Shown here one piece after another: positions 38,840 through 50,104 of a stretch of 58,562 bases of DNA. The DNA is from Octopus bimaculoides (Eukaryota), in assembly GCF_001194135.2 (NCBI RefSeq), contig NC_068987.1, positions 8,925,395 to 8,983,956 on the forward strand, written 5' to 3'. The notes under the pieces are model-generated. The model saw nothing but the letters and a program-made list of their open reading frames with translations. It was not told the origin of the DNA and made no database searches. The translations under genes were made by a program, and so were the position numbers. Positions within the stretch are counted from its first letter, which is position 1, and each line of letters opens with the position of its first letter.

Positions 38840-40124
38840 CTGAAAGGAAAAATAAGCAAGACACCATGAACCAGTGAGAGAACAAATGAACAAGGAATGA
38901 TTGAGCATTGTGAGCCAGAGAATGAGTGAATAAGGTGAGTAAGAGTGACGATGGTGAGTGTAAGTGAATGGAATGATTATGGTGAACAAGATAATGAGGG
39001 GGTACAATGAGTAGAGAATGAGTAAGGAGTGAAATAAGTGAGTTTAGTATGAGCAAGAGAAAGAAAATAGGTGAGCATGGTGTGAAAGAGAATGAATGAA
39101 TATAGTGCAGAAGAGTAAGAGAAGGTAAATGATGTATATGAATGAAGTTAATGAAAAGGTTAAGTACGTGAATTAAGAACAAAAATAAGTCATGCATTTA
39201 GTGTTTGTACATGAGATTTAACAAAGCATGTGTTTACCCAGGTATAAGAAAATAAAACTATTTTTGGACAAGGAGTGACTCAACATTTAGTCATATACCC
39301 AGATTTAATGAACTTAAAGTAAATACTTCCGCTATGGATAGATAAGTTTTAAATATCTGAACTTCAGAGTTATAAGCTAAATTAAAATCTTTCCAAAGTC
39401 AGGTTTTATCAGTCAAGTGTTGTATGAAAATAAAAACCACAAAGATGAGTAAATTCGGCCGCAATTAAAATGTGAACATATGAGAATACATTAGAATCTG
39501 TTTATATATGTTGTATGCTTCATAAACAGAAAGCAAAGATATCAGAGATAATTTAGGTCTGAGCATAAATTCAAGCAGTTATGTATTACATTTTGTCCTG
39601 AAACAAAAACATGTTATTCAAGTTGAGATTTCATTCAAGCAGAGATAAATTTGTTGTTTTTATTCAGAAAACAAACAGCAATCTCTACATCTTATTAATT
39701 CTAAAATATTACTCTTGAGAGAAATATGAGTCAAATCATTTATTAATAATTGTTTGTATCTCATTTGCTGAAGAAATTTAATCTCATGCTTCCTTCAAAT
39801 AATGTTTATCTTCCCAATAAAAATGCCATATTATAAAATAATTTAACTCTGATTTATTTGGGGTCGATTTGTTCGACTAAAATTCCTTAAGGTGGTGTCT
39901 TACCTTGGCCACAATCTAATGACTGAGACAAGTAAAAAAGATCAAAAGATAAACAGTAATTACAGAACAATATATGCACCACCACATTTTCTTTTTTCCA
40001 ACTGGGGTAACCATGTATTTACCCTAACAGCAAGACATGTACTCGTGTCTCTATCATACTTTAACCTCTCATAAAGCCACCACCCTCAATGTTACTCCTC
40101 CTCATTCAGTTGAGAGGTCTTGCC

Positions 40125-40335
40125 TTGCAAGTTATTTGGTGACTTCATTAGTGTTGGTGCCACATAAAAAGCACTAGTACACACTGTAAAATGGTTGGCA
40201 TTAGGAAGGGCATCCAACCATATTAAACCATACCAAAACAGATATTAGAGCCTGACACAGGCTTCTGGTTTACCAGTCCTGTTGAACCATCCAACCCATG
40301 CCAGCATGGAAATCTGACGTTAAATGATGATTGTG
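40125..40335 (+). mobile_element. RTE LINE 3' tail fragment
   Basis: ttggcattaggaagggcatcc...ccatgccagcatggaaa...acgttaaatgatg; an oppositely oriented copy follows at about 40345-40510. Confidence 0.75.
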
Positions 40336-41828
40336 TCATTTGTAAATCATGATGATGATCATTTAATATCCCTTTTCCAGATGTAAAAAGCTGACATGAT
40401 TTGGATGGTTTGATAACTGCAGGACTGCACCAAGCTCTAATGTCAGTTTTGGTATGGTTTCTAAGGCTGGATGCCCTTCCTAACACCAACCACTTTACAG
40501 TGTGTATTGGGTGATTTAAAAAAAAAAGTCACTGGTGCTAGTGAGGGCGCCAAGTAACTTGCTAAACAGGAAGAAAAAAAATGTTTTATTATTTTTCTCA
40601 AAAATTACATAAATCTTGGTCAACTTCGCTAGTCTTCCAATGTTTGTAATACAGGCAGTTTTTTGATACCTTGTACAAACCTGGATGAGGCTTGTGTAAT
40701 TAATGTGTGTACACACGAATCCAGGTAAAAAAAATCACAGGGGTTTTGTCCGGATCCCATAAAATAATTGTGACTCTTTTTCCTGTGACTTTATTACCGG
40801 CCACCATAAATTAATTGGGACTTTTTTTCCTATCCAAAACTGTGATTATATTACTGGTCACTGTACACACACACACAACATTTGTTAACATTCTGAGTTC
40901 AAAACTCTTTATATAATGCATGGAGGTAGATTGTTCTCACCCCTAGTACAACAATATAACGAGAACAATCTACTTGCATGGATTTAATAAAAGGTTCGAT
41001 TGCAAGAACGTTAGCAAACAAGATAGACACCTGAAAAAAGACAAGGTATAACAGCTAAAATATTATTGCAATAACAACCAAGATGTGAACACAAGTCCGA
41101 AGTTCTAACCTAAATACAAGATTAGAAGAAAAAGAATCATAAAAATAGCTAAGTCGATTATATATCGATATTCATACTTGACTGGTACTTTTATCTTATC
41201 GATTCCGGAAAGATGAAGGGCAAAATTGATTTTGGCGGGATTTGAACATTAAAGAGACTGAAATAAATAGCACAAAACATTTTATTCAATGTTGTGGTGA
41301 TTCTACCAAACCATCGCCTTATTTGTAATTTATCGAAAATCATCGTCTCAGAAATTCATACAAAAATCATAGCTGAATCTCCCGAAAACATCAAAAACAA
41401 CCTCTTGCTCCTTTCCTGGTGTTAAATATGTCTTCAGTCACGTCTACCCCAGCGGGGCCCAATTGTACTTGACGCCAATTTTACATCCCCAAACACAAAC
41501 AATAAATTATATTTATCTTCAAATTTTATCTCTTTATGTATTTTTTATCACATGGAATTTACTACAAATTTACTTTTCTGTGATACATTGCCGAAATAAA
41601 TAAACGATTTGAATTTTTTCTAACGAAACAATAAGCTTAAATGGGACAACTCCAATATTAATGAGACATTGTTATGTAATATTTTATCTTTATATAATTA
41701 AACCCGGCCGGGATCAGAATTGCATTTAATTCTTTGGATTTCGTTACAATAACTACTGATAATATATCATAGATGATTCAATGAACTATATACTCTTATA
41801 TATACATACCTGTCTTCGTCATTTTTAG

Positions 41829-41986
41829 AGTTAGTGTTTACGGTTAGGGTTAGGGTTACTGTTAGGGACGGAATTCCCTAATCCAAACCCTAAAACCCTA
41901 ACCGTAACCCTAAAACCCTAACCGTAACCGTAACCCTAAACCGTAACCCTAAACCGTAACCCTAAACCCTAACCCAAACACCCTAG
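41829..41986. repeat. Degenerate telomere-like arrays in inverted orientation, (TTAGGG)n then (CCCTAA/CCGTAA)n
   Basis: ggttagggttagggttactgttaggg-acggaatt-ccctaatccaaaccctaaaaccctaaccgtaacccta... Confidence 0.85.
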
Positions 41987-42860
41987 TGAAGATCATGCGG
42001 GTGTTAATCTGAAAAATTACCAAAATAATTGGTGCATAACATTTATTTGTTCAAATTTAAATATATTCAACGTACAAAAAAGTGGTGTTTTATTATGAAC
42101 TTTTTGTGATGGCAAAGAAAAAAGAAAAAAGCGATCAAATTTTCTTGGTAAATTTCGATCTTTCGTTGCTAATGCAACTGGAAAAGGTATGACCGTTTCT
42201 ACATATCTCTTGACTTTCTCTAAAAACAACCAAGTTTCATTCATGTCTGTATCAGCAAAATGCAACATGTATGTTTCAACAATTGAAACAAAATGCTCAT
42301 GTATGTTTCAACAATTGAAGCTGTATCAAATCGCTAATACAAAAACTAATCTTGATAAAAATATATATATATATATATATATATACTAAAATGAAAATTT
42401 NNNNNNNNNNNNNNNNNNNNNNNNNNNNNNNNNNNNNNNNNNNNNNNNNNNNNNNNNNNNNNNNNNNNNNNNNNNNNNNNNNNNNNNNNNNNNNNNNNNN
42501 NNNNNNNNNNNNNNNNNNNNNNNNNNNNNNNNNNNNNNNNNNNNNNNNNNNNNNNNNNNNNNNNNNNNNNNNNNNNNNNNNNNNNNNNNNNNNNNNNNNN
42601 NNNNNNNNNNNNNNNNNNNNNNNNNNNNNNNNNNNNNNNNNNNNNNNNNNNNNNNNNNNNNNNNNNNNNNNNNNNNNNNNNNNNNNNNNNNNNNNNNNNN
42701 NNNNNNNNNNNNNNNNNNNNNNNAAATGATGACCAAGCTTAAATTACTTCGTTAAATTATATCGAATTTTAATATCTTTGATATTTTTTTTTCCCAGATA
42801 ATTAATTGCAATATATTTTTAGAGGAGAAAGATTAAAAAAAAAACATAACTTAAATTAAA

Positions 42861-42974
42861 TTATACGGTCATATCACGTTGGATGTATCGGTTCTCGACC
42901 GATCACCGAAGTTAGGCAACGTCGAACCTAGTTAGTACTTAGAGTAACCGCATGGGAAACCTAATGCTGTGAGC
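42861..42974 (+). pseudogene. 5S rRNA pseudogene (near full length)
   Basis: tacggtcatatcacgttg...ggttctcgaccgatcaccgaagttaggcaacgtcg...gttagtactt...accgcatgggaaacc...tgctgt matches animal 5S rRNA; small deletion in box C; no oligo-T terminator. Confidence 0.9.
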
Positions 42975-43320
42975 GTGTGACTGTGATAAGAAGTTTGCTT
43001 CGTAACCACATGGTTCAGTCCCACTGCATGAAACATTGGGTAGGTGTCTTCTACTATGGCCCCAGGCTTACCAAAGTTTTGTGAGTGGATTCGTATATAT
43101 GTGTGTGTATGTGCGCAATTTTGTGTTTATTCCCACCACTTCTTGACAACTGGTGTTGGTGTGTTTATGTCCCTGTAACGTAGCGGTTCGGCAAAAGTAG
43201 CGATAAAATAAGAACCAGCCTTAAAAAAGAAAAGAAAAATGTATTGGGGTTGATTCATTCGACAAAAAATTCCCCAGCATGGCCGCAGTCTAATGACTGA
43301 AATAAGTAAAAGATAAAAGA
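42975..43320 (+). mobile_element. SINE family A directly abutting the 5S pseudogene
   Basis: taagaagtttgcttcgtaaccacatggttcagtcccactg...tgactgaaataagtaaaagataaaag. Confidence 0.85.
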
Positions 43321-43609
43321 AGTTTTAATTGTCGTCTGCTATAAAGTAACGTTTTTCACTGTCGTCTGCTATAAAGTTACTAAGTTACCAAGGTTCACAT
43401 TTATATATCACACGGTGGGAAGTATATATAAATATATTTGGGATGATGAATGTAAATAATAGATTTCCGTTAATGAGCAGGTTGTTCATATGATCAAACA
43501 ATTGACTACTTATTGTAGAAACTGACGGAGATCCAGATATATGTGGGTGGCTGACCTCTTCAACGTCACTGAGATAATATATGGTATATCAAAAGTACAG
43601 AAAAGTATC

Positions 43610-44391
43610 TTTTACGCGTTCCGGTTACTGAATTGTGGTCATGCTGGGGCACCACCTTGAAGGATTTAGTCGAAAAAAATCAACCCCAGTACTTTTAAAA
43701 GTTTGGTACTTATTCTATTGTCCTTTTATGCCATGCCATTAACTTACAGAGACGTAAATAAACCAACACTGGTCATTAAGTAAGTAGTGGGGCAAAGGCA
43801 AACAATGAGACACACGTGCGCACACACACACAAATAAACAGAATACACGAGTGTGTGAAAGTTGATCAATGAAAGCGCTTACACACAATACGAAAGCTTT
43901 TTCCCGAAAGGTTCGTGTCTTCTGATTATCAAACAAGAAAAAAAAAAAAATTCAATAGCTATAAGAAAATCCTTCTTCAATAATATGTTGTGACTATATC
44001 AAGTACTTATGTAGAAACTTACATACCAAATTTTCACACAAGACATTGGTCAGTCCAGGGCTATAGTAAAGACATTTGCCCCAAGGTGCCGCGTGGTGAA
44101 ACTGAACCCGAAACAACATGGTTGCAAAAGGAGCTTCTTAATCACGGAGTCGTTAATTTTTCATCGTGATCTGTTACTTATTTCAGTCATTAGACTGCGG
44201 CCATGCTGGGGCATCGCCTTGAAGAATTCTTAGTCGAATGAATCGATCCCAGTATGTTTTATTTTGAAGCCTAGTACTTATTCTGTGAGTTTCTTTCACC
44301 GAACCGCTACGTTACAGGAACATAAACAAACCAACGCCGATTAAGCGGTGGTGGAATACACACACACACACACACACACGANNNNNNNNNN

Positions 44392-44428
<37 letters not shown>

Positions 44429-44465
44429 TAAGCTTCTTTCATTTTTCGTCTACCACGTATATTTT
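43610..44465 (-). mobile_element. Cluster of minus-strand family A SINE fragments
   Basis: ttcagtcattagactgcggccatgctgggg tails and heads at about 43610, 44030 and 44170. Confidence 0.75.
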
Positions 44466-44756
44466 TGGTTTTCTGTTTTCACTTTAATTAACGATGTCTG
44501 GAAAAAAAAGTTGCAGAAAAAAATGTCACATTTTATTTAAAGACTATAAACAGAGTAATGAAACAAAAAAATATTTTAAATCAGTTATTAACTGACAGTA
44601 CACGACTTGTACACAATTTATATACAATGACACTACACATATGTAAAAAAAAAAACTTTTATTCAATTTCGTAAGACAATGAAAGAAAAAATATAAGCGA
44701 GTCATTCATTGACAATACATGAGCTGTACATTGTGGTATTAATATTCAGTATTTTT

Positions 44757-45290
44757 TGGGGATCTTTCTGATTTGGCGGACACCATTTGTTTTCTAACGA
44801 AACACTTTCAAACTTGGAATACTAGTAGAATGTGTCATATAAAACATCTTTTTCTCTTAGCCTTGTTAAGAAAAGTTTGTATATTCGAAGTTATTTCATG
44901 TTAAAAGTTGTCGCATTTCGGTAATTTCAACCAATCACTGACGTCTATTGAGGTGAAAACAATTACTGCTGTGGTTTGTCAACAACACATTGTGGCAGTG
45001 TAATGGGATCTTTTCCCTTGAATAAAATTACTGCCGTTGTTTGTCAACAACAACTATCGGCGGTACTGTTATTTATGACATCATTCATGCGTTTGTACTG
45101 GTTTTAGGGTTCGGGTTATGAGTATTTTTGCCAAATTTGGTGAAAATCTGTTCAATACACCGCCACAAATTTTTCACCAAATTTGGCAAAAATACTCATA
45201 ACCCGAACTTTGACTGTACAGTGTNNNNNNNNNNCACCAAATTTGGCAAAAATACTCATAACCCGAACTTTGACTGTACAGTGTAAAGAG
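44757..45290. mobile_element. Non-autonomous DNA-element-like interspersed repeat ending in a perfect 38-bp inverted repeat
   Basis: caaccaatcactgacgtctattgaggtgaaaac core (recalled as an octopus repeat); arms 45109-45146 and 45171-45208. Confidence 0.5.
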
Positions 45291-46284
45291 CCGGAAAAGA
45301 ATATCACTAAGCATTTTGTTCTAGCGCTATTTCGAAAGTCTCATAGTATTTGAACTGCCGAATACTTGGTTGACAAAAATAGCGCGCATGGAGTTTATAA
45401 GAAAGATTTGAAGGGGTATTAAATCTCAAAAGTTTTAATCTTTAACCACATTAATTTCTTTTCGAAGTAAAATCAATTATATTATACTAGCGATAGGTTG
45501 ACTATGAACTTCAAAATTCCATTTCTTTTAAATTGTTATAAATTGCGGTGAAGGCCATAGCGCAGACGTTTTGGCGATTATTTTCTATCGAAATTAAACA
45601 AAAATATATAAACTCAATGAGTGTAAGACTATATTGTATATCATTAATATGAATGCTATTAACAATAAGAATTTTTAATGACTTTTTAAGATTTTATTTT
45701 CGTTATTATCCGGGGACATTATGACATTATGGCAGCCATTGGTAACCATTTTAATACGAAATCTTTTGACAATAAGAATTGTGTTTTTACTTTATTTTAT
45801 TTTTCTAATTATACGGGGACATGTACGACATCATGAACATTATGGCAGTCAGTGGTAACTGTGAATGCTTTTAACAGTAAGAATTATAACTTATTTTCTT
45901 TTCTAGGGACATGAACGACATTATCAGTAGTATAGTATGGTAGCTTTTGGTAACCATAATGTATTATTTTATATCAATAACATAAATGAATATGTGATTC
46001 CGAGAACAGTGGTGATATTGTAGAAATAGACCTTTTTAAATAGGGAAAAATATATGTCAGAAAGTGAAACTAGTGCTAGTCCCGTTAAGAAGTCTTGCTA
46101 AAGACAAGTGTTCCCCTCATGGTTCTTTTGGAGTTAAATGGTGAAACTCATATGTTTCATCTTAGCACACTCTTCTAGTACTTCAAGCTTAACATTTAAC
46201 AGCATATATTTTCATTAAACATCTGTCATCAAGTGGCAATGAAAAAAGGCTTTTGTAGGCTTAGGACATATTCTTTCCTTATTA

Positions 46285-46700
46285 AATCAACAAGGCACAG
46301 GTGTAGCTGTGTTGTTGAGAAGTTTGCTTCTCAACCATAAGGTTTCAGTTTCAGTCCCACTATATGTCACTTTGAGCAAGTGTCATCTGCTATACCAGTG
46401 GGTCAACCAAAACCTCATGAATGAATTTGGTAGAAAGGAGCCCACTGTGTTTAATTATGTGTGTGTGTCTTTGTACCTTTCGCCTGACATAATGTGATGG
46501 CCGCCAACAGACATCAATTTCATACATGCGAAGTTTGATTCCAGTCTTCTGTGGGGGAAAAAAAAATCCTGTCTGGTCATGGGAAATATTACTTTAGTTG
46601 GAAATAAGTGAGGATTAGCAACAGGAAAGGCATCAGGTTGCATAAAATCTACATCAATAAATTCTATCTAACCCATACAAGCATGGAAAAAATGAATGCT
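46285..46700 (+). mobile_element. Composite SINE (family A head plus RTE-like tail)
   Basis: Family A head, then gaaagggcatcagg...cccatacaagcatggaaaa. Confidence 0.7.
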
Positions 46701-46928
46701 AAAACAACAGTGATTAATTCCATTGTATTTCGTTTGTATTTAATTATAAAATTATCAGATGTACATAACAAGATGCAATTAATACAGATTTTGCACAATT
46801 TCATCGCTTCTACATTTTTATACCATTTGTAAAAATATTCTAATAATATAAACACCTAACATTTACATAGCTACATAGTATGCCATTGAAAACACTATGG
46901 AACATGTATATATATATATATATATATA

Positions 46929-47095
46929 CTCTCTGAGTGGTTGGCATTAGGAAGGGCATCCAGCTGTAGAAACTCTGCCAAATTAGATTGGAGCCTGGTG
47001 TTGCCATCCGGTTTCACCAGTCCTCAGTCAAATCGTCCAACCCATGCTAGCATGGAAAGCGGACGTTAAACGATGATGATGATGATGATGATGAT
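46929..47095 (+). mobile_element. Young 5'-truncated RTE tail inserted in a TA microsatellite
   Basis: ttggcattaggaagggcatccagctgtagaaactctgcc...ggaaagcggacgttaaac(gat)n flanked by (TA)n. Confidence 0.9.
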
Positions 47096-48466
47096 ATATA
47101 TATATATTAGTTTGTTAATGAACTGGAGAGTTGATAGTAATCTAAGTTCTCTTCATATGAGTCCAATTCTGGAGGATACAGGATATGTGGCATTCAATGT
47201 TAATGAACCTGAAAAAATCAAACAAGAGTTGCTTTGAGCAAAGACATAGGAAAGCAGTGATTTTATAATGGAAGCAAGTGCATTTTTAAAGGAAAATTTG
47301 TTGATATTAAATATAAATTTTAAACTGTTTTTTTAATCTCTATTTTTTACTGAAATATATTTCCTTTATATTCATGTATTTATACATTCCTGTATTATTA
47401 CAATATTACATTGCTAATCAAACCATCGTCATTTAATGTCTGCTCTTCCATTATTGCATGGGTCAGACAGAGTTTATAGAGGCAGATTTTTTTATGGCTT
47501 GATGCTGTTCCCGTAGCCAACCCTCACCTGTTTCCAAACAAGGAAATATTTCACCATGGCCAGATATGTTCTTGCAGAATATTGGGGATGAATGACATTG
47601 CTTGTGTGACAGCAACAATCATTGTATAACTAACATGTGATGTCAAGACAAGAAGACATAAACTTGTACACTCACACACACACACCATGCAGCTCACAAG
47701 ATTACAAACCCTGTGGGGTGGGCTGGAGTAGCTTTATACAAGGAGATGAGGGGCTAAAGTATGAAAAAAAGGAGCCGATCTGATTTCTTGCAGAGATCTA
47801 CAAGACTATTCACATTTAGAAGAGAGGCACCACATAAAAAGCACCTTTACTGGTTCCACATAAAAAGCACTCAGAAAATTCTGTAAAATGATTGCATTAG
47901 GAAGGGCATCCAACTGTAAAAATCACATCAAAGCAGATGATCAGAGCCTGGTGCAGCTCTCTGGCTCGGCAGCTCCTGTCAAACTGTCCAAAACATACCA
48001 GCATCGAAAACAGATGTTCGATGATGATGATGGTGAGAACGATCCGATAGAGCTGCAAAGAGACAAACAGAGATGATGTGATGTCTGGCATACATACATG
48101 AAAGTTTAAAAGTTGCTGTAAGATGTTATTCAAGAGAACAGAAAATTATGTTTCAATAATGCTATAGCACTTAACCAAGGAGTAGTTCTTGCAATGAAGA
48201 GCCTTAAGGAGATGTCAAGTAATTCAAAAGTACACTAAGCTAACGTTCTTGCTCATCCACTTACTAACCAGAAGACCTTCTGGCCTCATTCAGGTAAACA
48301 ATGTTTATTCACCTATTTGTGACATATTGGATTTTAAGCTGATATTGATTGGTTTTTCTAGGCCATCTTTTCTTTTATCTTTCACTTGTTTCAGTCATTG
48401 GATTGCAGCCCCAAGCATGCAAACACTCACACGCACGTGCATGCACACACACACACGCACACGCAT

Positions 48467-48508
<42 letters not shown>

Positions 48509-49195
48509 GGTGATGGAAACAAGAAAATAGAATTCAAAACACAGTTATATATATATATTATTATTATTGATAATCAGCAGAATCTAGAGAGTGACTCAAG
48601 GCTCGAGAGTTTCGTCTATTAGCACTTATCAATGTGCTGGACAAAATACTAAGTGGTATTTTGTCTGTCTTTACATTCTGAGTATTGACCCCCAAAAGGA
48701 TGAAAGGTATAGCTGACCTTGGTGGAATTTGAACTCAGAACATAAGGACAGACAAAATACCGCTAAGCATTTCGCCAGGTGCACTAACGATTCTGCCAGC
48801 TCGCTGCCTCAACAACAACAACAACAACAACAACAACAACTGCTGCTGGTATTTATCTTATAGATTCAAAAAGGATAAAAGGCAAAGTTGACCTTGGAAG
48901 AATTTAAACTCAGAATGTAGAGGCAGGGGAAAGACTGCTAAGCATTTCTCCCGATTTGCTAACAATTTTGCCAATCCTTACCTTAATAATCATAATAATT
49001 ATTATTATTTCTACTCTAGCCACAAGGCCTTGAAAATTTTGGGGGAAGGGGGATAACTGGTACTTATTTCATCGACCCCGAAAGGATGAAAGGCAAAGTT
49101 GACCTTGCCAGAATTTGAACTCAGAATGTAGCGACAGATGAAATACTGCTTGGCATTTCTCCCGGTGTGCTAACGATTCTGCCAGCTCTCCACCT

Positions 49196-49197
<2 letters not shown>

Positions 49198-49287
<90 letters not shown>

Positions 49288-49318
49288 CATCATTATTATT
49301 ATTATCATTATTATTACC

Positions 49319-49363
<45 letters not shown>

Positions 49364-49370
49364 TTTATTG

Positions 49371-49427
<57 letters not shown>

Positions 49428-49613
49428 GCAGAATTATAATAATNNNNNNNNNNNNNNNNNNNNNNNNNNNNNNNNNNNNNNNNNNNNNNNNNNNNNNNNN
49501 NNNNNNNNNNNNNNNNNNNNNNNNNNNNNNNNNNNNNNNNNNNNNNNNNNNNNNNNNNNNNNNNNNNNNNNNNNNNNNNNNNNNNNNNNNNNNNNNNNNN
49601 NNNNNNNNNNNNN

Positions 49614-49644
<31 letters not shown>

Positions 49645-49656
49645 TATTAGCAGAAT

Positions 49657-49694
<38 letters not shown>

Positions 49695-49741
49695 GCTCGG
49701 TAGTGAAGTGAAAGCACGTTATAAAAATAAAACTACTGAAC

Positions 49742-49772
<31 letters not shown>

Positions 49773-49775
49773 GTT
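49198..49775. repeat. Compound (CAT)n/(TAT)n/(AAT)n microsatellite spanning an N gap
   Basis: Direct. Confidence 0.95.
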
Positions 49776-49971
49776 TCAAATATTGGCACAAGGCCAGCAA
49801 GTTTGGGAGAGGAGGTAAGTCAGTTACATCTACCCCAATATTCAATCGGTATTTATTTTTTTTGTCAAACTCCGAAAGAATGAAAAGCAGAGTCAACCTT
49901 GGTGGAATCTGAGCTCAGAATTGAAAGACGAACGAAATGTTGCTAAGCATTTTGCTTGGCATGCTACTGCC

Positions 49972-50032
49972 TTACTACTACTATTTTTACTACTACTACT
50001 ACTATTACTACTACTACTACTACTACTACTAT

Positions 50033-50104
<72 letters not shown>
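49972..50104. repeat. (TAC)n-(TGC)n microsatellite
   Basis: Direct. Confidence 0.95.

Larger units (their letters stand above)
40600..46100. promoter_or_regulatory. CpG-retaining block, candidate unmethylated promoter region
   Basis: By eye, CpG is frequent in non-SINE sequence here and nearly absent in unique sequence from 1-40.6 kb; not counted. Confidence 0.4.

Noticed and set aside
42861-42974. Functional 5S rRNA gene
   Set aside because: Multiple substitutions, a deletion in box C, no T-run terminator, and not in a tandem array.
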